NCBI RefSeq assembly: GCF_016432865.1
Contig: NC_067399.1
Span: 678,590,001 to 678,654,000 of the forward strand
Length of the DNA: 64,000 nt
From: Antechinus flavipes
Lineage: Eukaryota
Reading direction: 5' to 3'
Positions 21,838 to 33,935 of this stretch are shown here, one piece after another (within the stretch, counting starts at the first letter, position 1; each line of letters opens with the position of its first letter). The notes under the pieces were generated by a model. That model was not told the DNA's origin. It saw nothing but the letters and a program-made list of their open reading frames with translations, and made no database searches. The position numbers were made by a program, and so were the translations under genes.

Positions 21838-22980
21838 CACTGTCAGAATCACACGGAGGTGAGAGGTGAGCTCACTAGTACTGGAGCCGAGAAACTAACA
21901 GAGTTATTTTGAAATTAACTTCTGTAGCTCATTAGAATGTGAATGATCTTTGAAAACATCCCCTGCAGTTCATAGAAAAATTAATACTGCTCGGAGCGCT
22001 CTGTTTGTGGCTGCAAGCTCTCCTCAGAGGCTCAGAGGGGGCGCGCCAGCAATTTCTTTAGAGGCCCGTCTCCGGCCTGGGGAGCGGGGCCGCCATCAGC
22101 TCCCCGCCTTGCGGACGCCAGGCCCGAGATGCAGATGGCCCCCCGTCTCCTTCCCTTGCTCCGCTGGCTGCCCTCCCCAGGAAGATTTGTCTTCCCCTCC
22201 CTCCCTCCACAGCTCCCCGGCTCCTTCTGATCCCTGGTCTGGCTTGGGCCCTCCTCCGCTCACAGCCCCCGAAAGGAAGATGCAGGGCCCCAGATTCTGT
22301 CTCTGGGAACTTTTCGGAGCTCCCTGCACCGTGGGGTCCTTGGGTTCTGGCTCAGGCCCGTCTGAAGCCGTGTGTATGTCTGATGTGGACACGGGATCAT
22401 TCTGGCAGCCGAGCCGAGTGGGGGGAGACTTGAGGAGCAGAGCCCTGGCAGTCATTGCCTAGTGCAGGAATGAGGGGCTCGGGCCGCCTGAGGGGCAGTC
22501 CCGGGAGAGGAGGGACGTGGATGAGAGAAGGGAGGGCTGGGGGCAGAGAGAAGGGGTCATTTCTGGGATTCACGGGCATCCAGCTTGGATTTCCACAGGA
22601 GAGAGGCTGGAGCTGGCCATCACCTGCAGGGGCTGAGGCCGTTGCCCTGGGAGACAGCATAGAGAGAGAGGAGAGCCCCCAAACCACGGGGGGGGGGAGG
22701 TGTTTACCGGACATGGCTCTGGGGAAGATGTACCCAAGGGCCTGAGAGGAGCGGGCAGACAGGAGGAAGCTTGAATGGGCTCTCGAGGTTCGCCTATCCC
22801 AGGACTCATTGGGCCTCGGTCCAGTCCTTGTGTCTCTCACCAGAGGAAGCAGCTACAGGGAGATCTAAGGTTGGAGGAAAACCCAGCCAGCAGGTTCTGC
22901 TCCCAGGACAGCACAGGATCCAGCCTTAGTGGGTCATCCATAGTGGGCTTCCCCTGGTGGGTTAAAGGGAGGGCTTCTTT

Positions 22981-25557
22981 TTTTTTTTTTAAATTTTTAT
23001 TTAGTAATTACTTTATATTGACAACATTATCCCTTGCACTCGTTTCTTTTCCGATTTTTTTCCCCTCCCTCCCTCCACCCCCTCCCCTAGATGGCAAGCA
23101 GTCCTTTATATGTTGGATATGTTGCAGTATATCCTAGATACAATATATGTTTGCAGAACCGAACAGTTCTCTTGTTGCATAGGGAGAATTGGATTCAGAA
23201 GGTAGAAATAACCCGGGAAGAAAAACAAAAATGCAGATAGTTCACATTCGTTTCCCAGTGTTCTTTCTTTGGGTGTAGCTGCTTTTGTCCGTCATTTATC
23301 AATTGAAACTTAGTTAGGTCTCTTTGTCAAAGAAATCCATTTCCATCAAAATATGTCCTCATACAATATCGTTGTCGAAGTGTATAATGATCTCCTGGTT
23401 CTGCTCATTTCACTTAGCATCAGTTCATGTAAGTCTCGCCAGTCCTCTCTGTATTCATCCTGCTGGTCATTTCTTACAGAACAATAATATTCCATAACAT
23501 TCATATACCACAATTTACCCAGCCATTCTCCAATGGATGGGCATCCATTCATTTTCCAGTTTCTAGCCACTACAAATAGGGCTGCTACAAACATTTTGGC
23601 ACATACAGGTCCCTTTCCCTTCTTTAGTATTTCTTTGGGATATAAGCCCAATAGAAACACTGCTGGATCAAAGGGGATGCACAATTTGATAACTTTTTGG
23701 GCATAATTCCAGATCGCTCTACAGAATGGTTGGATTCATTCACAACTCCACCAACAATGCATCAGTGTCCCCGTTTTCCCGCATCCCCTCCAACATTCAT
23801 CGTTATTTTTTCCTGTCATCTTAGCCAATCTGACAGGTGTGTAGTGGTATCTCAGAGTTGTCTTAATTTGCATTTCTCTGATCAATAATGATTTGGAACA
23901 CTCTTTCATATGAGTGGTAATAGTTTCAATTTCATCCTCTGAAAATTGTCTGTTCATATCCTTTGACCATTTATCAATTGGAGAATGGCTTGATTTCTTA
24001 TAAATTTGAGTCAGTTCTCTATATATTTTAGAAATGAGGCCTTTATCAGAATCTTTAACTGTGAAGATGTTTTCCCAGTTTGTTGCTTCCCTTCTAATCT
24101 TGCTTGCATTAGTTTTGTTTGTACAAAGGCTTTTTAATTTGATGTAATCAAAATTTTCTATTTTGTGATCAGTAATGGTCTCTAGTTCATCTTTGGTCAC
24201 AAATTTCTTTCTCCTCCACAAGTCTGAGAGATAAACTATCCTATGTTCCTCTAGTTTATTTATAATCTCGTTCTTTATACCTAGGTCATGGACCCATGTT
24301 GATCTTATCTTGGTATATGGTGTTAAGTGTGGGTCCATGCCTAATTTCTGCCATACTAATTTCCAATTATCCCAGCAGTTTTTATCAAATAATGAATTCT
24401 TTTCCCAGAAGTTAGGGACTTTGGGTTTGTCAAACACTAGATTGCTATAGTTGACTATTCTGTCTTGTGAACCTAACCTTTTCCACTGATCCACTAATCT
24501 ATTTCTTAGCCAATACCAAATGGTTTTGGTGACTGCTGCTTTATAATATAATTTTAGATTAGGTACAGCTAGGACACCTTCGTTTGATTTTTTTTTTCAT
24601 TAATTCCCTTGAGATTCTCGACTTTTTATTGTTCCATATATAATCCATATATAATTGTTGTTATTTTTTCTAGATCATTAAAATATTTTCTTGGAAGTCT
24701 GATTGGTATAGCACTAAATAAATAGATTAGTTTAGGGAGTATTGTCATCTTTATTATGTTCGCTCGGCCGGTCCAAGAGCACTTAATATTTTTCCAATTA
24801 TTTAAGTCTGACTTTATTTGTGTGGAGACTTTTTTTATAATTTTGCTCATATAATTCCTGACTTTCCTTTGGTAGATAGATTCCCAAATATTTTATGGTA
24901 TCAACAGTTATTCTGAATGGAATTTCTCTTTGTATCTCTTGCTGTTGGGTTTTGTTGGAGATGTATAAAAATGCTGAGGATTTATGGGGATTTATTTTGT
25001 AGCCAGCTACTTTGCTAAAATTATGAATTATTTCTAATAGCTTTTTAGTAGAATCTCTGGGGTTCTCTAGGTATACCATCATATCATCTGCAAAGAGTGA
25101 TAGTTTGGTTTCCTCATTGCCTACTCTAATTCCTTTAATATCTTTCTCGACTCTTATTGCCGAGGCTAGTGTTTCTAATACGATATTAAATAATAATGGT
25201 GATAGAGGGCAACCTTGCTTCACTCCAGATCTTACTGGGAAAGGTTCCAGTTTTTCCCCATTGCATATGATGCTTACTGATGGTTTTAAATATATGCTCC
25301 TGACTATTTTAAGGAAAAGTCCATTTATTCCTATGCTCTCAAGTGTTTTTATTAGGAATGGATGTTGGATTTTATCAAATGCTTTTTCTGCATCTATTGA
25401 GATGATCATATGGTTTTTGTTTGTTTGGTTATTGATATAGTCAATTATGCTAATAGTTTTCCTAATATTGAACCAGCCCTGCATTCCTGGTATAAATCCT
25501 ACTTGGTCATAGTGTATTATTCTGGGGATGATTTTCTGTAATCTTTTTGCTAATAGG
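22981..25557 (-). mobile_element. Young 5'-truncated L1 (~2.58 kb) with 15-bp TSD; ORF2 disabled
   Basis: TSD AGGGAGGGCTTCTTT at 22,966-22,980 and 25,558-25,572; poly(T) at the left end. RT motifs ([41 protein letters not shown]) in ORF 24798..25484. ORF2 continues in 24626..24850, 23736..24494 and 23346..23684, broken by a frameshift, a short duplication and an in-frame TGA. Confidence 0.98.
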
Positions 25558-26454
25558 AGGGAGGGCTTCTTTACTCACCGCCCCACTCCCAAGGCCTCCC
25601 CCGCGTCCAGTGCAGGTCCCACCTGTTCCCAGATTGAGAACCTGACGCCCGCCCAAAGAGGGCAGTGATTGAACTCTGAGTCCAGGGGCCAGGGCCCCAA
25701 TGGGCAGCGCTTCTTGCCAGCTCATTAGCTGGGGGGGTGCATTAAATGGGGGCTGTAGGCCAAGGTCTCCCTGCGCTTGACCACCAGGAAATGGTCTTGG
25801 CTTCTTCCACCCTCAAGGCAATGACCCCGGCCAGGATTTCCTCACAATTTATAGGAGAGCACATCCTTTCTCACCCCCAGGGCCAGATGCCAGCACCAGA
25901 GACTGGCAAGTGGGCAGATTATCCCGGAGAACCGATGCTGGAACAACTCTCCTCAGTTTGGGAAGACCCAGATGACTGATGAGACAGAAAATGTTGGGTT
26001 TCCCTTCCTCACAGGTATCGAGCATCATTCAGCCCTACTATGTGTCAGACACGAGGGGCATAAAGACAAGGTATAAAGGGGTATAAAGAGTCCTTCCTCT
26101 CAGAGGAGCTGAGGGGGCAGCAGAGGTCCCACCCTGGGAGTAACGGAGTCCCGCCTCCTGCAGGATGGGGTGCTGGACCACTGTTTCCATGGAACTTTAT
26201 CCGGCCGAACTTGGGGGTTATTTCCCCTCCCTCGTGATCTTTAACCTAGATGATGCTCCATGGCCGGGCTGTCCTGGGGCGCGGCCCTGTGACCGGCTTC
26301 CCCCCCCTCGGACCCCCCTGGATTTTCAGGGAGGCGACTGCCCCCGACTTCTGGATGAGGGAAGACGTCACCGTCGGCCATGGAACTGTAGCAAAGCCTC
26401 CGTCTCCCACCTCCCCGTCGTACCTCAGGTGTGTGACTGGGCAGATCCGGAGCA

Positions 26455-27480
26455 TTCGCCTTAATACAATTTTTAAACAATTATTAAGCTAATCGGATGC
26501 AAATTAAACAAAATGAACCTATAAATATATGTGTTTTTCAAATTAGTAATTGGATTTTTTGATGATCTTTGGCTTGACATTGATNNNNNNNNNNNNNNNN
26601 NNNNNNNNNNNNNNNNNNNNNNNNNNNNNNNNNNNNNNNNNNNNNNNNNNNNNNNNNNNNNNNNNNNNNNNNNNNNNNNNNNNNNNNNNNNNNNNNNNNN
26701 NNNNNNNNNNNNNNNNNNNNNNNNNNNNNNNNNNNNNNNNNNNNNNNNNNNNNNNNNNNNNNNNNNNNNNNNNNNNNNNNNNNNNNNNNNNNNNNNNNNN
26801 NNNNTCATGATCTATAGTTACACTGGGGAAGGCTTGTCAAAACCAGCANNNNNNNNNNNNNNNNNNNNNNNNNNNNNNNNNNNNNNNNNNNNNNNNNNNN
26901 NNNNNNNNNNNNNNNNNNNNNNNNNNNNNNNNNNNNNNNNNNNNNNNNNNNNNNNNNNNNNNNNNNNNNNNNNNNNNNNNNNNNNNNNNNNNNNNNNNNN
27001 NNNNNNNNNNNNNNNNNNNNNNNNNNNNNNNNNNNNNNNNNNNNNNNNNNNNNNNNNNNNNNNNNNNNNNNNNNNNNNNNNNNNNNNNNNNNNNNNNNNN
27101 NNNNNNNNNNNNNNNNNNNNNNNNNNNNNNNNNNNNNNNNNNNNNNNNNNNNNNNNNNNNNNNNNNNNNNNNNNNNNNNNTATCATCTTTTAAAATGCCA
27201 GATTAAATGTTGCTGCTTAGGAAAGGAGGTATTGTTCAAATAGCATTGTTTACCTTAACCGCATATATTTTTTTCTGTGCCTGAAATCCAGTCTTTGTGT
27301 GGCAGCCTGGTGATGGGGGCAGAGCCCGAGGTGGTAGTTTGGGGACTTTTCCTTTCTCCTCCTTTCTCCAAGATCTGTAGGTAGGCGGTTTACCAACTAG
27401 CCAGGGTGACCTACTAATTAAGAAAAAGTCATCGGGCGCCATGCTTTCATTAATAACGCTTTGATATCTTTAGGAAAGTG
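26455..27480. promoter_or_regulatory. AT-rich, motif-dense candidate conserved non-coding element (broken by two N gaps)
   Basis: Octamer ATGCAAAT at 26,497-26,504; several TAAT/TAATTA; overlapping SOX CATTGT and FOX TGTTTAC at 27,244-27,253; TCF/LEF CTTTGAT at 27,459-27,465; CpGs retained in AT-rich context. Confidence 0.4.
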
Positions 27481-28078
27481 AACTCATTTTCTATCATGAT
27501 TCTTCTGTTTAGAGAAGGCAGTTTCCCTTGTGATATGAGGAAAGTGAAAAGAGATTTAACCTGGGGGGAGAGTAGGCTGAGAAGGCTCAGGAATAGGTGT
27601 GGATCCCCCTGCATGGACCATTATTGTGGGTCTTCTTTCCCATCACTAGAAAGATGGAGATCCTCAGTTTTGGGGGCTGGCATTGAGGGAGCCGTTAGTA
27701 AGTGATCGGAGTAGATTCTGTCAGTGTGGACCACTCTGTACTGAGGCTGAATTTGTAGGTGGCGTTTGCTATTTTTGTTAGTGGTCAGAGATTTGTGGTG
27801 CAATGGCCGTTGACTGTGGACTCCCCATTCTCCTAGGCTGATGGGGGAGCCCCGAGCCTCTCCATTACAATAAATCAACGATGATTGATTGAGAGCAGTA
27901 TTAATCCCCTTTTTTTTTGAGTGAGTGTGCACTTGTTAATTTTGAGTCACTTTGAGATACTTTCTCCTCAGTCAAATTCATTGGTCACAATTTAGAAACA
28001 AGCAGACCTGAGAATCCATTTTTCTTAAGATTCACATGATCATCATCCTCCATCCCTTCTCTCTCTCTCTTAGAGTCC

Positions 28079-28345
28079 CAGTGGTTCTCAAAGTGTGGTG
28101 CAGTGAATCCTGGAGGCTCTCTGAAATCCTTTCACAGTCTGGTCTATAAATTCAAAAAAATGTTTTTCTTTTCTTTTCTTTTCTTTTTTTAATTTTTCAG
28201 TTGGTTTTTTTTTTTTTTTAGTTTTTTTTTTCTATTTATGACAAATATCTATTATGTAACCCATATAAACAAAAACTCTTTGGACATATTCTCAATAGTT
28301 GTTAATACCGTAAAGATACCGAGAAAAAGAGTTTGAGAACCACTA
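28079..28345. mobile_element. hAT-Charlie-type MITE with terminal inverted repeats
   Basis: CAGTGGTTCTCAAA (28,079-28,092) and TTTGAGAACCACTA (28,332-28,345) are 13/14 inverted. No clean 8-bp TSD remains. Confidence 0.85.
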
Positions 28346-28368
28346 CAATTCTAAGACTTAGACAGTCC

Positions 28369-28542
28369 TGAACGTTTGATTTGGTTTGGGTTTTCAGGAT
28401 TAATCTAGTTCATGGCTGCTTCCTCACACAGACTTCATCCTCTGTCCCTTCTCTCTCTCTTAGGCCTCCTTGTGAACGTTTGCTTTGGTTTGGGTTTTCG
28501 GGACTAATCTAGTTCATGGCTGGCTCCTCACATAGACTTCAT
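28369..28542 (+). repeat. ~104-bp tandem duplication
   Basis: tgaacgtttg..ttggtttgggtttt..gga.taatctagttcatggctg..tcctcaca.agacttcatc occurs at about 28,369 and 28,473. Confidence 0.9.
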
Positions 28543-28879
28543 CTAAAAGCTACAGTCCCCTCCTATTAATTCAGACAATAAAAGAGAAACTTTCTTATTA
28601 ATAATGTAAGTCCTCTTGCTGAGCCCTCCCATAAGGCTTAGCCAGTGACACATTAGATTCAGTGTGGACATAATTTTGGCAACAATTGCCACTAACGGTG
28701 GTTTTACATTGATTTGTGGCTTTTGGTTTCTTTATGGAGAAATCAGACTTTTTTTTTTAAAGCAAGGAGAATTCATGTGGACTTCTGCCATGGGATGGCT
28801 CTAGCCGGGACCACACAACTTCCAGGGCATAAGTGCTGACCGTTTATCCAGGTGCATGATGGAATAAACAGATCAGTTG

Positions 28880-29450
28880 TTGCTTTATTTTTTTTATTAA
28901 AGCTTTTTCTTTTGTTTTTTAAATCTATAAATTCTGCTTTTATTATTCTTATTTCCTTCTTTTTTTAAATAACTTTTTATTGACAGAGTATTATGGGTAA
29001 TTTTTACAACATTGTCCCTGCTTTTCCCTTCCTTCCCTCCACCCCCTCCCCCAGATGGCAGGTGGTCTCATACATGTTAAACATATTAAAGTATATCCCA
29101 GTTACAATATATATGTGCAGGACCGAACAGTTCTCTTGTTGCACAGGGAGAATTGGATTCAGAAGGTAAAAATAACCCAGGAAGAAAAACAAAAATGCAA
29201 GTAATCCACATTCATTTCCCAGTGTTCCTTCTCTGGGTGTAGCTGCTTCTGTCCATCCTTGATCGATTGGAACTGAATTAGATAAAAGCTTTTTATTTTC
29301 AGAACATCTGCATGGCTAATTCTTCAACGTTAACTCTCGCAAAACCTCATGTTCCAATTCTTCTCCCTTCCCCCCACTCCTTCCCCTGGATGGCAAGTAG
29401 TCCAATCTATGTTAAATGTGGCAGAAAGATATTAAACAGATCAATTGTTA
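28880..29450 (-). mobile_element. Two stacked L1 3'UTR fragments
   Basis: Both show T-tail then ccctcccccagatggca..gt. The first (about 28,880-29,285) closely parallels the 3'UTR of the young L1 at 23.0-23.3 kb. Confidence 0.85.
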
Positions 29451-30654
29451 GGGGGAAAAAGACCATCTTGGCTATTTCTGGTCTCTATAAAATAGGATGT
29501 CTTTTTATTAATTTAAGTGTGGTCAATGCAAGTCTTCCTCCATGAGACTCGGGGCTGTAGCAAGGGCTTCTGGTGGTCCCAGCCAGACAAAACCATGATA
29601 TTCTGGTGAGAGCTGTGGCGCTGCTCGGCGTCCCAGGCTTCTGCCCCGTTGGTGGAGGCCCGCGAAGGCTGTTCCAGGAGGTCCCGAGGCCCACGAGTTG
29701 TCCCAGCTTAGGATGGTTTGGAGTCTGGTCCCGGGGATGGATGGTTGCCAGCTGAGGGCTGGTCTTGCTCAATTCAGAGAATATGATTGAAGATTAGCCA
29801 CCTGCTCTTGGTGTTTTAGGCCACAGTTATTGATGAAATTATTGTACAAAAGTGGAGGAGATGGTGGAGGGATGGAGGACATCATGGAGCTTTGGGATAA
29901 TGCCCCGGGCTTCTCTGTAGCCACAGAAATCCCATACTCTCTGCTCCAATCTCAGAGGAATCCATATTATTAGTAACTCAAAGCACCATGGAAAAGTCCC
30001 TGGCGCAGGCAAGCAGGCCGCTATCTGCTCCTGAGGATGGCTGGTCAAGGAGGAGTGCGTCTGCCCCGCCGTGAGGGGAGGACTGGGAGAGGAAGGCTTC
30101 CGGGGAGCACCAGCAGGGGAAGGAGGTGTCCTGAGCTGCTCTGGCGGAGGCGGGATCGTGGGTCATCACGGGAGGGATCTTGGCGGTCCCTCCAAGAGGA
30201 AGCCAGGACTCCAGTGACTCGTCTGAGGCCAGAGACACTGAGGCATGGGGGGCTGATCCAGGAGTGGACCCTGCAAAGGACTCGGGCTCTCTCTGCTATT
30301 CGGACGCCCTTTTTGGCAAGGAATTCTGGGATTTTATTGGCTCTTCTGCCTGTGTCACTGAGGGGACTGCGATTAACAGCATCAAAATGCACAGGCTCCG
30401 GTTCCATAGTCTGTTACTTGGTAAACAACCATATTCCCCTCGTGTCATTCAGTCTGTTTATAGACAACGAAATTGCCTCGAATTTTCCCAGTTTGTTGGA
30501 AATGTGGATGGAAGCCCATTGATTGACAGATTCAGTGGGAGAGGGTGGCTCTTTATGGCTTTGGGTCTCCCCAATACAACCCCCGTCCTCCCCCAAACAA
30601 GCCGGCTTTGTTTTAGACTTCTGGTGCGAATGGGGACATCTTCTGAACTTTTCT

Positions 30655-30720
30655 TCTTTTTTGCTGAGGCCCCTGGGGCCAAGTGACTTGCCCAGGGTCA
30701 CACAGCCGGCATCTTCTGAA
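30655..30720 (-). mobile_element. WSINE1 3' fragment
   Basis: ttttttgctgaggc...ggggccaagtgacttgcccagggtcacacagc. Confidence 0.7.
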
Positions 30721-32159
30721 TTTTTATCCCTGATCCTCTGGATCCCCGAGGATCACTCTGTTCCAACCCAGGAGTCTGAGCCAGCAAAAATGGCCTTTAA
30801 ACTGGGTGCACGAGAGAGAGGTTTGAGTGGAAACACGGTCCTCCCAGACACGGCTCAGTGTCTGCGCTGCCCGCGGTTCTCTCTTGTTTTCCGTGCTCTG
30901 GCCGCGGGTTTGCCCCACGGAGAGTCGGGGAAAGGATCCCGATTCCCAGAGGGGAAAGTGTGGGGGTGGACCCTCGGGGCCGCCCTCTGTGCAGGGTCTG
31001 GCCTGGCTGCCCCTGGGAACATCCGGAGTCCGTTTGGGTCGGTCAGTCCCCTGGGACCCCTTCGTTCCGAACCTATCCTGTGCCAGGCTCCGTGCTGGGC
31101 GCTGGGAATGCGAAGGTCTGGGCAAAATCTGCTTCCGGGAAGCGCCCACACTTTGGGAAGAAAACATGAGTTTCTGAGTAAGGGCATGGGAGCTGTGGGC
31201 GATTTGGGGAGGGTGGAGGAGGATCAGGAGAAGCTTCCTTAGAGAAGCCCTGGCCCGGAGCCTGGGGGTGGGGAGAGACAAGAGGGAAGCTCGAGGCTCA
31301 GGACTCGGGCTGTTGGAAAGGGAGGGAGGGATGGGGGGGCTTTCTCCGTGTGACCTGCCTGCCCTCCTGCCCTTTCCGGGGAGCCCGGCTTTCCCCCACG
31401 TCCCCATTGCTGCCCTGTGACCCGCAGGGCCGGACCCGGGACACTCTGCGAGTGAATAGATGGGGGCCGAAGAGTGACACGAGAGTCTTCCTGGGGGCGG
31501 CCCCTCTGGGCCTTCACCTAGGCTGGGAACCTAGGCTCGGCCCTGCCCTCGGAGGATGAGTGTTGGCTGCTTGTGGTCCCTTCTCTGGGACGAGTCTCTG
31601 CAGACAGAAGCCGGCCTCGGTACCCTCCGGATGGGTGAAACCCCCCATTCTCCTCCCCTCTAGGGAGGGCTCCTCACATCCCCGACGGTGCTGGCAGTTC
31701 CCAGAATCCCCGCGTTCCCACGGAAGCTTTGGGCTCCCCGGAAATGCCCATAAGGAGAGATTCTGGCGGGAGCGCCAGTTTGGATAATAACGGGCATTTT
31801 AAAATCTGACAGTGGCTTTCGGCCACTTGCTCCTACAGCCAGCCTTGGGGTGGGCAGTGCCCGCACACTTGGCAGGGCCGCACCGCCCGTGAGTAGCAGA
31901 GATGGATCTCAGTTCCAGGTCCCCCCTTTTGGGGGGTCTCTGTGGCCCCGGGTCCAGCTGAATTCACTCGGTTCCAAGTCTGTGTCCCCGGCTGTTCTCA
32001 TCACTGACCCCGTCCCAGAAGGAAGCTGCTCTTCGGTTTCTCGGCCCCTTACCGGCGTTTCCCTTCTCGACGGCTCCCCCTCATTAGCAGATGTGTTCTG
32101 GAAGGCCGGCCCCCCTCGTTTACTTTCCTACTCCCACTCGGTCATCCGTGGGCTGATTT

Positions 32160-32380
32160 CTTAATTAAAAAAATAACACTTTCAGGCTTGCAAAGCCATT
32201 AACATAGATTAACTCATTTGCTACTCCCACCAACCTTATGAGGCAGGGGCCGTTATGATTCCCATTTGACAGATAAGAAAACTGAAACATGGAGAAGTTA
32301 AGTAAGTTCTCCGCAGCTACTAAAGTGTCTGAGCAGGATTTGAATTCGGGGCACAGCGGAGCACAAGCCAGCTTCAGGAC
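32160..32380 (-). mobile_element. MIR-type CORE-SINE
   Basis: caaccttatgaggcagggg...cccatttgacagataagaaaactga...ggatttgaattcggg. Confidence 0.75.
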
Positions 32381-33269
32381 CCGAGCCGTTCTCATCCAGC
32401 ACAAGGACAACTGTGAAAGGGAGGGCAAAGGCCCGGCCTCGAGGCCCCTGATCTCCCCCCGGTGGGGAGCTGGGGAGCTTTCCAGAGACATCCTAAGCGC
32501 CGGGTGATTTCTGACCCCGGTTCCCCAGGGACGCCAGCTCGGAGAAACTCCTTTTCACTTGCTCGGCACCAGATTTGACCACAGGGAACCACCCACCAGT
32601 TTCTCCAGTTCTTAAATTAAAATACGTCAACATTTCTTTGTTGGTTGTTAATGGAGATCTGGCCCAGGAGCCAGGGAGTCCTGGGTTCCGGGGACGCATC
32701 CCCCCATGTTCCCGGGGTCTCTCTAAGCCTGTGCTTTGCAGGAGGGCGGCCGCCGGCAGGGTGAAAGGCACCTGGAAGCCCCCTTTGCCTCTGAAGTCAC
32801 CCGTCCTGCCCGCCGGGGGCACTCAGGACACCCTCCAGATGTTACTGATGGGATCCCTGCGTCCAGAGCGGGGGGACAGGCAGGTCCCAGCATGCACCTC
32901 TTCCCCATCCTCCCTACCTGGGCTGGGAAAGCTCCCGACTGCGTCTACATTTGCCTCACAATTTCCTCTCCTTGTTCTGCCCTTTGGGTCCAGCAGAGCC
33001 AGGGGAAGCTGCCTCCCCAAGGAAGCCCTCCAAGTCCTGACTGGCTATCAGCACAGTACCCAGTCGGTGCTTAATAAATGCTTGCTGTTCTCTCTAATCT
33101 TCAGTTGCTCCCAGCACATACCTTCCCCTTGGCAGCCTGTCCCCATTGCTTCTGGGCCTGCCCTTCCAACGCTGGATGACCCTGTTTCTGTCCCCTCACT
33201 GGCGGCTTTCAGGACCTTTCCCTTCCCGGACTCCGGAGGACAGCTGGGGACCCCGCGGCCGCAGAGGGC

Positions 33270-33480
33270 CGAGTTTGGTGTCGGGATGCCCCGAATTCAA
33301 ATCCTGATTCAGCTATTTACTAGCTGGGTGATCTTGGCCATCTCGCTTAACCACTGTTTGTCTGTAAAATGGGGATAATAGCACCTCCCTCCCAGGGTTG
33401 TTGTCAGGATCAAATGAGATAAGAATTATATAGTGCTCAGCCCAATTTCTGGCATGTAGTAGGTGCTTAATAAATGCTTC
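33270..33480 (+). mobile_element. MIR-type CORE-SINE with L2-like tail
   Basis: gaattcaaatcctg...tttactagctgggtgatcttgg...ctgtaaaatggggataatagcacc...cagggttgttgtcaggatcaaatgagataa...tagtaggtgcttaataaatgc. Confidence 0.85.
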
Positions 33481-33791
33481 TTTTCTCCTTCCTCCGGCCC
33501 TCTCCAGCTTCTGTCTGCCTTCCTGAGTGTGGCTCCCCGACCTGGGGATGGGACAGACAGTGAGAGGCCCCCTCCCTGGTCCTGGACTCAGCCCCCCTTA
33601 AGGGCCCCTCCGTTCTCCAGCTTATGCGCTTTCTGCCGCCTTCCACGTGACGTTCACAGAATGATCTGGCTCTATTCGTGTCTCCACCACGTTATACTTG
33701 TCAGGTGCATGTTGGGAACTTGAGATTTTGCCTTATTAGATTTGGTCTGTTGGACTTCAAGCTCGGTACAGAACTTTTGGAATTCTGTCAC

Positions 33792-33935
33792 TTATTATTA
33801 TTATTTTTGCTGAGACCATTGGGGTTAAGTGACTTGCCCAGGGTCACACAGCCGGGAAGGCCGGGGGGCAGATTTGAACTCAGGTCTTCCTGACTTCAGG
33901 GCTGGTGCTCTCTCCACTGCGCCACCAGCTGCCCC
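33792..33935 (-). mobile_element. WSINE1 (near full length)
   Basis: tttttgctgagaccattggggttaagtgacttgcccagggtcacacag...atttgaactcaggtcttcctgacttcagggctggtgctctctccactgcgccaccagctgcccc. Confidence 0.9.

Noticed and set aside
21282-21912. Three overlapping 180-195 aa plus-strand ORFs
   Set aside because: Artifact of a stop-free 29-bp repeat that cycles through all three frames.
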